63,851 bases of DNA, filler included, from 4 parts of 4 records of this genome joined end to end with filler, not necessarily neighbours in it; one strand, 5' to 3'; numbered from the whole stretch's first letter, positions 52,224 through 59,539 are shown. Numbers and translations are program-made. The notes: generated by a model not told the origin, from the sequence alone.

Positions 52224-52332
52224 TTCGCTGCGAGCCGGAAGAAAAGGGGCTAGCGCCCAGGTGGATCGATAACCGTAATAAAGCGGCAGCAGTGTTTTAC
52301 CCGCCTCGCCCATTAATTTGAGAGTAATTGTC

Positions 52333-52470
52333 ATGAACGAGCACTCCTTGCATCTAAAAGCGTCCTTGAAATGGCGCCCATACATGGCCGCCAAGCTTGC
52401 GTCAGCTGCGTTAATTCTACTGCTTTTTGGTGAAGTGACCATCGCTTTCGACCGAGAGCAAACCCAATGA
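52333..52470 (+). CDS. Small membrane peptide (45 aa)
   Basis: MNEHSL...LASAALILLLFG; ATGA overlap with the next gene; below the ORF-track cutoff. Confidence 0.4.
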   Translation: MNEHSLHLKASLKWRPYMAAKLASAALILLLFGEVTIAFDREQTQ

Positions 52471-52748
52471 AACCCATCGCCGTCTACCGGGGCACCACCA
52501 ACCACGATGGCAAATTCGTCGGCCCCATCCAGCACCCGGGTAAGCGCCGGTACCGCTACCGCGTAGACCTTTGGATAAAAACCGGCAACAGCGCCCTGCT
52601 GCGCGACGAAATCAGCACCAAAGAGCCCGTGCGCCTAAACGACCTGCTCCAAGACCAAGTGCTACCCAACATCGACAGCCTCATTGCCGAAGCCGACCAA
52701 GAAGGCGGCACCCAGCAATACGGCTTTGAAATTTATAAGTGGGGATAA
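52467..52748 (+). CDS. Hypothetical phage protein
   Basis: 93-aa ORF in the early operon. Confidence 0.6.
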   Translation: MKPIAVYRGTTNHDGKFVGPIQHPGKRRYRYRVDLWIKTGNSALLRDEISTKEPVRLNDLLQDQVLPNIDSLIAEADQEGGTQQYGFEIYKWG

Positions 52749-52749
52749 A

Positions 52750-53004
52750 ATGAGCCGCCTCGTGCCCGCCAGCAAATGGATAAACGAAACCTTTGAAGCC
52801 GGTGTATCCACCAAAACCGTCTACAACTGGGTAGCCAATCGCGTCATACCCGGCGTCATCCTCGACGGCAAACCCTTTGTAGACGCCGACAAAGCCGCCG
52901 TACTGCTGGATACCCACACCATCATCACCGCACCCAGCGCCACACCCGTCGACGGCGGCAACGCCACCGTTGCGCAGCTGGTGCAAGGCGGGCTAACCCA
53001 ATGA
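52750..53004 (+). CDS. Excisionase-like HTH protein
   Basis: WINETF..GVSTKTVYNWVANRVIPG...GKPFVD. Confidence 0.7.
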   Translation: MSRLVPASKWINETFEAGVSTKTVYNWVANRVIPGVILDGKPFVDADKAAVLLDTHTIITAPSATPVDGGNATVAQLVQGGLTQ

Positions 53005-53366
53005 CACACCACAACCGCATGCGATGCAGCGCCGAGACCTACCACCAAGCCATGAGCGACGCCCTGCAAAACACACGTGGCACAGATGACGTCTCATGGA
53101 ATAAAGATTTTAAGGCCTCGCTCATTCAGCGCGGCCTATGGCTCACCACCCAGCCTCCGGCGCGCAACACCGCCCTATACCCCAACGGAATGCCCTACCT
53201 AGCACCCCGTTGCTATGGCGCAAAAAACGGCTGGCCGCAAATTACCTATGTTGTATGGATGGTAGACGCCAGCAAAGCATCGCCGCCAACCTGGGTAACA
53301 GCGACACGAATAGGCTGCGCAGCGCTGCTGCTGGTAGCACTGGCTGCGCATTACCTTTTCAGTTGA
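53001..53366 (+). CDS. Hypothetical protein with C-terminal TM segment
   Basis: ATGA-coupled ORF. Confidence 0.6.
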   Translation: MTHHNRMRCSAETYHQAMSDALQNTRGTDDVSWNKDFKASLIQRGLWLTTQPPARNTALYPNGMPYLAPRCYGAKNGWPQITYVVWMVDASKASPPTWVTATRIGCAALLLVALAAHYLFS

Positions 53367-53394
53367 TGTGCATAATCTTGCCGAGGAATAGCTA

Positions 53395-53754
53395 ATGAAG
53401 GACGAATTTCTGGAGCAGTTGGCTGCACTATGCGAGCAATACAGCGCCACTTTTCGATACACCACCAATGACGACGGAATTCATATCGACGTTGGCGGCG
53501 AAGAGGTGTTCGCAGGATTCATGCTGACCGGCAAAGCAGCCGCAAGTGAGCTTCGTGCAGCAAAAAGGGATTTCGCCCGGAGAGCAGGCGACAACAAAGC
53601 AACCGATCAAATGATTGACCGGCTTATGCCGGACCCAGATGGAATATGCTGCCCTCTTTGCCACTATGACGGATGCTGGGACGGCACACCCAAAAGCGAA
53701 AGAAGAGGCGCAATCAGGGAGCTTCTAGAAAAAGCCTTTCGCGAGGAACCCTGA
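53395..53754 (+). CDS. Hypothetical protein; stop codon lies inside the distal attC
   Basis: GAGG RBS; CCPLC..C motif; TGA at 53752-53754. Confidence 0.65.
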   Translation: MKDEFLEQLAALCEQYSATFRYTTNDDGIHIDVGGEEVFAGFMLTGKAAASELRAAKRDFARRAGDNKATDQMIDRLMPDPDGICCPLCHYDGCWDGTPKSERRGAIRELLEKAFREEP

Positions 53755-53834
53755 ACACACGGGCAGGCAAAACGCGCAGCGGTTTGACTGTCCGACGGAG
53801 CGCAGCGGAGTGAACGTGCTGTGATTTGTTAAAA
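53743..53834 (-). repeat. attC site 4 (distal, 92 bp)
   Basis: Minus: TTTTAAC-AAATC-ACA(G)CACG ... CGTGTGT-TCAGG-GTTCCTC; extra base at L'' position 4. Confidence 0.85.
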
Positions 53835-53854
53835 CGCCGGATAAGGACTTGATT

Positions 53855-54055
53855 ATGAGTATTTGTAAGCACGGTACAGATTTAGATGATTACGACTGCA
53901 TGAACTGCGAAAACGAAGACGACCTGATAGCTGAAGCTGCTGGAGATATTCACCACCTGTACATGAATTGCGACGGCGGAGAGGTTCCGCAAATAGAGGA
54001 CATTACTAGAGTGCTGAATTCGCTCGTTGATAATTTGAGTGAAGAGGCGTTTTAA
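53855..54055 (+). CDS. Cassette A gene: small acidic Cys/His protein
   Basis: AAGGA RBS; CKH...CMNC; flanked by GTTAAAACGCC / GGCGTTTTAAC. Confidence 0.75.
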   Translation: MSICKHGTDLDDYDCMNCENEDDLIAEAAGDIHHLYMNCDGGEVPQIEDITRVLNSLVDNLSEEAF

Positions 54056-54121
54056 CCCGCAGGACAGCGGTGAGGAACGAAGCGCAGCGTAGAGACGATC
54101 CGCTGCTACTGATTGTTAAAT
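54050..54121 (-). repeat. attC site 3 (72 bp)
   Basis: Minus: ATTTAAC-AATCA-GTA(G)CAGCGG ... CCGCTGTCC-TGCGG-GTTAAAA. Confidence 0.85.
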
Positions 54122-54134
54122 GCAGGAATTTAAA

Positions 54135-54416
54135 ATGAAGAAACAAAGTAATCCGGCGCCACCGAAAAGCGTGAAGAGGCCGCCGCCCCCACCGGCACCG
54201 CCTCCGCCACGAAGCCCGACCGGGAAGGGAGCGAGCAGACGGCCCGAATTTGATGCTTACAGCAAAATGCTGGCCTGCATACCAACAACGTGGCTTGACC
54301 CGTTGCTGACAGGCCCACACAAGGTTTTGCCTGATGGATATAGCTACAGCCCAAAGGATGTTGAGCGACTGCTGCAGGCGATACGGCACCGCATGGAAAA
54401 AGCTGCGGGCATTTAA
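54135..54416 (+). CDS. Cassette B gene: protein with Pro-rich N-terminus
   Basis: AGGA RBS; RPPPPPAPPPPR; flanked by GTTAAATGC / GCATTTAAC. Confidence 0.7.
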   Translation: MKKQSNPAPPKSVKRPPPPPAPPPPRSPTGKGASRRPEFDAYSKMLACIPTTWLDPLLTGPHKVLPDGYSYSPKDVERLLQAIRHRMEKAAGI

Positions 54417-54536
54417 CCCTGAGTTTTGCGGCCTGCGGAAACGAACACACTGGAGACGATGATGAAGAACGAAACTACCGAGATTGAAACCGATGCGCCG
54501 ACCCAGCAGGTCGCGCCCAACAACGAGTTGTTATCG
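54411..54536 (-). repeat. attC site 2 (126 bp; contains start of cassette C gene)
   Basis: Minus: CGATAAC-AACTC-GTT(G)TTG..GCGACCTGC ... GCAGGCCGCAAAAC-TCAGG-GTTAAAT. Confidence 0.8.
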
Positions 54537-54749
54537 GGCTTTGCGACTGCCGAGGAATTGATTGGCTATTGCGAAATCCACTGCACTACAGAAAGAGCGC
54601 TGTTCAGCGGCAAGCAAATAATCGACATGTTGGTGCTCGCTGGCTACCGCGAGGACACTACGAGTCAGATCGATACGCAAGAGTGGATGTCGGTTCATGG
54701 CGACATGTCCCGCCTCTGCCGAATGGCTCGGGCACGGATGGCCCGATAA
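54459..54749 (+). CDS. Cassette C gene: hypothetical protein
   Basis: GGAG RBS at 54452 inside attC2; core pair GTTATCGGGC / GCCCGATAAC. Confidence 0.75.
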   Translation: MMKNETTEIETDAPTQQVAPNNELLSGFATAEELIGYCEIHCTTERALFSGKQIIDMLVLAGYREDTTSQIDTQEWMSVHGDMSRLCRMARARMAR

Positions 54750-54869
54750 CGACAAAGCTCAGGTGCGGCCAAAAGCCAGTCCTCTAACGAAGACTAGGAG
54801 ATTAAAGCTATGAAGAACTTTACGAAACCCGCGTTGCTTTTGGCCGTCGCCTGGAGCGCCTTGTTAGCG
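54744..54869 (-). repeat. attC site 1 (proximal, 126 bp; encodes signal peptide of cassette D gene)
   Basis: Minus: CGCTAAC-AAGGC-GCT(C)CAGG-CG(A)CGGCCAAAAGC ... GCTTTTGGCCGCA-CCTGAGC-TTTGTC-GTTATCG; canonical box spacing and extrahelical bases. Confidence 0.92.
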
Positions 54870-55073
54870 GGATGCACGAATGCAAATGACGCTCACAGGG
54901 CCCTGACCAATGCCGGGTATACAAACATCCAGACGGGCGGATATGACTGGTTTGCCTGCGGGAATGAAGATTTCTATGCGACAAAATTCAAGGCCACTAA
55001 CCCGGCAGGGAAGCAAGTAAGCGGTGTTGTTTGCTCTGGGCTGCTGTTCAAAAGTGCGACTATCAGGTTTTGA
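54810..55073 (+). CDS. Cassette D gene: small lipoprotein
   Basis: AGGAG RBS; lipobox LLAGC; GYDWFAC...VSGVVCSG; core pair GTTAGCGG / CCGCTAAC. Confidence 0.85.
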   Translation: MKNFTKPALLLAVAWSALLAGCTNANDAHRALTNAGYTNIQTGGYDWFACGNEDFYATKFKATNPAGKQVSGVVCSGLLFKSATIRF

Positions 55074-55110
55074 CCGCTAACCAGTGACTATCAAGCCAAA
55101 GGTCAGTTAA
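55074..55110 (-). other. Putative attI site (crossover G|TT at 55081/55080)
   Basis: GTTAGCG core on the minus strand 45 bp upstream of intI, with no attC hairpin behind it; extent of the site is a guess. Confidence 0.7.
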
Positions 55111-55125
55111 CGCCGGGAGGCAGCT

Positions 55126-56094
55126 ATGAAAGGCAAGGATTTACTACAACAATCAGACCATAAAATGCGGTTTCTTGGGTACTCAAGAGCCACCCGCCGT
55201 AGCTACCTTGGCTGGCTGGCGCAGTATTTCCGTTGGTGCCTGGAAAACCCGACCGGCACAAGCGAGGAAAAAGCCCAGCGCTTTCTGACCCATTTGGCTG
55301 TTGCCCGCACCGTTAGCAGATCAACTCAGCACCAGGCGCTATGTGCCGTGGCATGGTTTTACAAACACATGGCCGCCCAGCCCCTTGGCAACATTGGTCA
55401 ATTCGTCAATACCGCTCGAGGCAGCAAGCTACCCGCCGTGCTATCACAAGACGAGATGCGCCGTTTGCTGGCCGCAATGCGTGGGCAAAACTGGCTCATT
55501 GCTTCCGTGATGTACGGCGGTGGATTGCGACTCACCGAAGCCCTTTCGCTGCGCGTCAAAGACGTAGACGTTGGTCGCCAGCAGGTAACCGTGCGCCAGG
55601 GCAAGGGAAACAAGGATCGCACCACCACCCTATCCAGCTCGATTAGCCAGCAAATTTTGGCCCAGGTAGAGCGCGTTGAACACCAGCATCAACAAGACAT
55701 CGCGGCCGGCTTTGGCGAAGTCTACCTGCCCAATGCCATCGCAAAAAAATACCCCAACGCCCACCGACAAACCGCATGGCAGTACCTTTTCCCCGCCAGC
55801 AAGATCGGAGCATGCCCCGATACCGGCGCACTGCGTCGCCACCACGTGCACCCTACCGCCTTCACCAAAGCGCTAAGGGCCGCAAAAAAGGCGGCGAAGA
55901 TCAACAAACACTTCACCGCCCACGCCCTTCGCCATAGCTTCGCCACACACATGCTGGAGAACGGCGCCGATATCCGCACCGTGCAAGAGCTACTAGGTCA
56001 CAAAGACGTATCGACCACAATGATCTACACGCACGTGATGCAAAAGCACCACGTGCGCAGCCCACTGGAGGCTATAAGCGCCTGCGCAAGTTGA
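55126..56094 (+). CDS. intI: Integron integrase
   Basis: YSRATRRSY, FLTHLA, STQHQAL, LPAVLS, YGGGLR, GKGNKDR, IntI-specific insert EVYLPNAIAKKYPNA..WQYLFPA..RRHH, HALRHSFATH, LLGH, TMIYTHV. Confidence 0.95.
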   Translation: MKGKDLLQQSDHKMRFLGYSRATRRSYLGWLAQYFRWCLENPTGTSEEKAQRFLTHLAVARTVSRSTQHQALCAVAWFYKHMAAQPLGNIGQFVNTARGSKLPAVLSQDEMRRLLAAMRGQNWLIASVMYGGGLRLTEALSLRVKDVDVGRQQVTVRQGKGNKDRTTTLSSSISQQILAQVERVEHQHQQDIAAGFGEVYLPNAIAKKYPNAHRQTAWQYLFPASKIGACPDTGALRRHHVHPTAFTKALRAAKKAAKINKHFTAHALRHSFATHMLENGADIRTVQELLGHKDVSTTMIYTHVMQKHHVRSPLEAISACAS

Positions 56095-56154
56095 CAGCAC
56101 GCCGCCCCACTGACCACTATAAATCCACCACCACACAGCACGGATACCCACGGA

Positions 56155-57393
56155 ATGGCCAGGAAACGCATCGTAGACGGGCTGGAGCTGCCCGAAAACC
56201 TCTACCAGACCCCGCGCAAGGAACCCGGCAAATGGCGCTACAAACGCCCCGATGGCAGCTTCTACACCTTCACCGCGACCACGCAAGACGCCATCGCCGC
56301 CGCGCAAGGCCTCAATGCACAGTTCGCCGCGGGCGCCAAAGTCACCCCAGCCACCAATCCGCAGTACGGCCGCCTCAGCATTCGCCGGCACGTCGAAGAC
56401 TTTATCGACGAGCGCGAGAAGCGCGAACCCAGCCTGCGCAACAAAACCAGCTGGGGCAATCGCAAAGCCTACCTGCGCAGCTACGCCACCCTAAATGCTG
56501 GAAAATCCGTCTCGCAAATCACCTTGCTCGACGTGCAAGCCTGGTGGGACACCCTCACCGGCCACGCCCAGCGCAGCCGACAACCCGAATTTCGCCGGTT
56601 CTTCAACCACCTGCTGGCACGCGGCCTTTGCCCAAAACTTGATGCCAACCCCTTCAGCAGCAGCGACGCCGCACCACGAGTGGAAATGTCAGCCAAGCCA
56701 GCCAAACAGCGCCTGCGCCTCTCTCAAGAGCAATTCTGGCTTATCTACAACCAGGCAGGGGAAAAATACCCATTCCTGCAGATCGCCATGGCCATTAGCC
56801 TCATCACCACCCTACGCCGAGGCGATATCTGCGACCTACAATTCGACGAACATGTGGTCGGCAATCTGCTCAGAAAGCAGATCAACAAAAGCCACGCCCA
56901 GCTCAGCAAAGAATTTGAGCGCCGAGGCGGCAAGGCCGACCCAGCCAACCTAAGCTGGGACCTCAACAAACACCCCCTACTGCGCCAAGTCATCAACCGC
57001 GCCCGCGAACTCAGCCTCAGCCACCAGCGCTGCCCCAGCCTACTCAGCCACAAATACAAACGCCGCTACAAAAGCCAACATCGCAGCCACCCTTACCAGG
57101 TACTACCAAAATTCCTGAGCGACGCCTTCGCCGAGATCCGCGACGAAACCACAGACACAAACGGCAAGAAGCTCTTCGCCGACGTCCAACCAAAGCACCG
57201 CCCCACCTTCCACGAAGTCCGAAGCCTCGCTGGCGACATCTACGCCAACGCAGGCTACACCAAAGCCCAAATCCGAGAGCTCTACGCCCACACAGACGAA
57301 AGCACCACCGAGCGATACCTCAGCGGACACAGTGAAAAATGGCAGGAAATGGACCTCATCATGCCCACAGACGCACTAAGCGGACAATTCTGA
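56155..57393 (+). CDS. int: Prophage tyrosine integrase
   Basis: N-terminal arm-binding region (LPENLY..WRYKRPDG), LRRGDI, PTFHEVRSLA, HT...TERY; adjacent to a tRNA end. Confidence 0.9.
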   Translation: MARKRIVDGLELPENLYQTPRKEPGKWRYKRPDGSFYTFTATTQDAIAAAQGLNAQFAAGAKVTPATNPQYGRLSIRRHVEDFIDEREKREPSLRNKTSWGNRKAYLRSYATLNAGKSVSQITLLDVQAWWDTLTGHAQRSRQPEFRRFFNHLLARGLCPKLDANPFSSSDAAPRVEMSAKPAKQRLRLSQEQFWLIYNQAGEKYPFLQIAMAISLITTLRRGDICDLQFDEHVVGNLLRKQINKSHAQLSKEFERRGGKADPANLSWDLNKHPLLRQVINRARELSLSHQRCPSLLSHKYKRRYKSQHRSHPYQVLPKFLSDAFAEIRDETTDTNGKKLFADVQPKHRPTFHEVRSLAGDIYANAGYTKAQIRELYAHTDESTTERYLSGHSEKWQEMDLIMPTDALSGQF

Positions 57394-57489
57394 CCAAAAA
57401 AAGGGTTTTGTTCAAAACGCGAAAATCAGTGTTCACTTTTGTTCATCGCCATAGCGGGCGCTCGCAACACACTGATTTAAAAAGAGAAT

Positions 57490-57515
57490 TGGTACGACCG
57501 AGTGGATTCGAACCA
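57490..57515 (-). tRNA. tRNA 3' end (Val-like), probable prophage att core
   Basis: Minus strand reads TGGTTCGAATCCACTCGGTCGTACCA, resembling the 3' end of tRNA-Val(GAC); anticodon not visible. Confidence 0.7.
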
Positions 57516-57615
57516 NNNNNNNNNNNNNNNNNNNNNNNNNNNNNNNNNNNNNNNNNNNNTTAATTAATTAANNNNNNNNNNNNNNNNNNNNNNNNNNNNN
57601 NNNNNNNNNNNNNNN
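57516..57615. other. Artificial contig spacer
   Basis: N-run + TTAATTAATTAA + N-run. Confidence 0.98.
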
Positions 57616-57733
57616 CGACCGCACCATCGACAGCCACATCAAGCGCCTGCGCAAGAAGTTCAAGGCGACCGATGACGACTTCGAGATGATCGAAACGCTC
57701 TATGGCGTCGGTTATCGCTTCAAGGAGCAGTAA
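57616..57733 (+). CDS. chvI: Response regulator ChvI, C-terminal fragment
   Basis: [38 protein letters not shown]. Confidence 0.92.
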
Positions 57734-57741
57734 GGACCTTC

Positions 57742-59529
57742 GTGGCCACGCTCGATCCGCATGCTGGCGAAACGGGGCCCCATCCGGTCCCCGCTTCGGA
57801 CGAGAACGCACAGCGTTCCGGCCGGCGGAGATGGCGCGTTCTGCTCTTGCCGCTGTTCAAGCTAACCGACGCGATCCGGCGCTTTGTCGACTTCACCATT
57901 TTCTCCAGCCTCACCCGGCGCATCGTCGTGCTCAACATGGCCGGGCTGCTGGTGCTGGTGGTGGGCATTCTCTATCTCAATCAGTGGCGCGCCGGGCTGA
58001 TCGATGCGCGGGTGCAATCGCTCCGGGTGCAGGGCGAGATCATTTCGGCCGCCATCGCCGCCTCGGCCACGGTCGATAGCGACATCATCTCGATCGATCC
58101 TGATCGTCTGCTCGATGCGCAGGCGGGCAATATCTCGCCGTTATCCTATTTCGATCCAACCCTCGAATTTCCGATCAATCCCGAGCGGGTCGCGCCGCTA
58201 TTGCGCAATCTGATCACCCCCACCCGGACCCGGGCCCGCATCTATGACGGGCAGGGCCTGCTCATTCTGGACAGCGAAAACATCTACGCGCGCGGCGAGG
58301 TGCTGCGGCAGGCCATCGACACGTCCGGGACTGGCAGCTTTTTCCTTGTGGACTGGTGGAATGCGCTGATTTCCTGGTCGCCGGGCGGCAATTACCCGAC
58401 CTATCAGGAATATCAGGCCGACGAGGGGACCCGCTATCCCGAGGTCGCTTCGGCCCTCAACGGTGCCCCGGCCGATTTCGTGCGGGTCGATGCCCAGAAC
58501 CAGCTCGTGGTTTCGGTGGCCGTGCCGGTGCAGCGCCTGCGCGCCATTGTCGGAGCCATCCTGCTCTCCACCGAGCCGGGCGATATCGACTCGGTCGTCG
58601 CCCAGGAGCGCAGCAGCATTCTGCGCATTGCCGGCATCGCCGCCGGGGTGCAGATCGTGCTGTCGCTCTTGATGGCGGGCACCATCGCCGGGCCGATGCG
58701 CCGCCTGTCGGCGGCCGCCGAGCGAGTGCAGACGGCCGGCAATGCCCGCGCCGAAATTCCCGACCTGACCGACCGGCCCGACGAAATCGGCCACCTTTCC
58801 GACGCGCTGCGGCGCATGACCGACGCCCTTTACAACCGCATCGAAGCCATTGAGCGCTTTGCCGCCGATGTCGCCCATGAGCTCAAGAACCCGCTGACCT
58901 CGCTGCGCTCGGCCGTCGAGACCCTGCCGTTGGCCAAAAAGGCGGAGGACCGTGAGCGGCTGACCAATATCATCCAGCATGACGTGCGGCGCCTCGACCG
59001 TCTGATCACCGACATTTCCAGCGCCAGCCGGCTTGATGCCGAACTGGCGCGGGAAAGCGCGGAACGGGTCGATGTCGAAAAGCTCGCCGAGGCCATGGTG
59101 TCGATCCAGAAGGACGTGGCGGCGGGCCGCAATGTCGATGTGGTGCTGGGCAAGCGGGTTGGACGCGGCACGACCCAGGTCAATGGCCATGAGACCAGGC
59201 TCGCGCAGGTCTTTGCCAATCTGGTGGACAATGCTGTGTCATTTTCCCCGCCTGGCGGCATTGTGACGGTGGCCATCTCTACCGAGGGCGAGGCCATCAG
59301 GGTCAGCGTGACCGACGAGGGGCCGGGCATTACCGGCGATGTCACCCGTATCTTCCAGCGATTCTATACCGACCGGCCCGAAACCGAGAGCTTCGGCAAT
59401 CATTCCGGCCTGGGTCTGTCCATCTCCAAGCAGATCATCGAGGCCCACAAAGGCAGTATCAGGGCCGAAAACCGAACCGATCGGTCCGGCGCGATTTTTA
59501 CAATTGTGCTGCCGCGGGCCCGCAAATAG
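57742..59529 (+). CDS. chvG: Sensor histidine kinase ChvG/ExoS
   Basis: SSLTRRIVVLN, LEFPINPERVAP, HELKNPLTS, NLVDNA, FYTDRP..FGNHSGLGL. Confidence 0.96.
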   Translation: MATLDPHAGETGPHPVPASDENAQRSGRRRWRVLLLPLFKLTDAIRRFVDFTIFSSLTRRIVVLNMAGLLVLVVGILYLNQWRAGLIDARVQSLRVQGEIISAAIAASATVDSDIISIDPDRLLDAQAGNISPLSYFDPTLEFPINPERVAPLLRNLITPTRTRARIYDGQGLLILDSENIYARGEVLRQAIDTSGTGSFFLVDWWNALISWSPGGNYPTYQEYQADEGTRYPEVASALNGAPADFVRVDAQNQLVVSVAVPVQRLRAIVGAILLSTEPGDIDSVVAQERSSILRIAGIAAGVQIVLSLLMAGTIAGPMRRLSAAAERVQTAGNARAEIPDLTDRPDEIGHLSDALRRMTDALYNRIEAIERFAADVAHELKNPLTSLRSAVETLPLAKKAEDRERLTNIIQHDVRRLDRLITDISSASRLDAELARESAERVDVEKLAEAMVSIQKDVAAGRNVDVVLGKRVGRGTTQVNGHETRLAQVFANLVDNAVSFSPPGGIVTVAISTEGEAIRVSVTDEGPGITGDVTRIFQRFYTDRPETESFGNHSGLGLSISKQIIEAHKGSIRAENRTDRSGAIFTIVLPRARK

Positions 59530-59539
59530 ACTCTGCGGC

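Larger units (their letters stand above)
53743..56094. mobile_element. Integron (intI + attI + 4 cassettes) embedded in the prophage
   Basis: IntI with the integron-specific insertion, four attC sites and perfectly complementary cassette-end cores. Confidence 0.9.
36722..57515. mobile_element. Lambdoid prophage (partial: head genes to attachment site)
   Basis: Lambda-like gene order portal-gpW-terL-terS-lysis-Q-replication-cro/cI-early genes-xis-int, ending at a tRNA 3' end. Confidence 0.95.

Noticed and set aside
53395-53748. ORF 53395 as a fifth cassette
   Set aside because: No GTTCCTC-type complementary core or attC hairpin was found upstream of it.
53743-55081. Cassette boundaries as a CRISPR array or a shufflon
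   Set aside because: The repeats are not identical direct repeats, the units are whole genes, and the recombinase is IntI-type rather than Rci-type.
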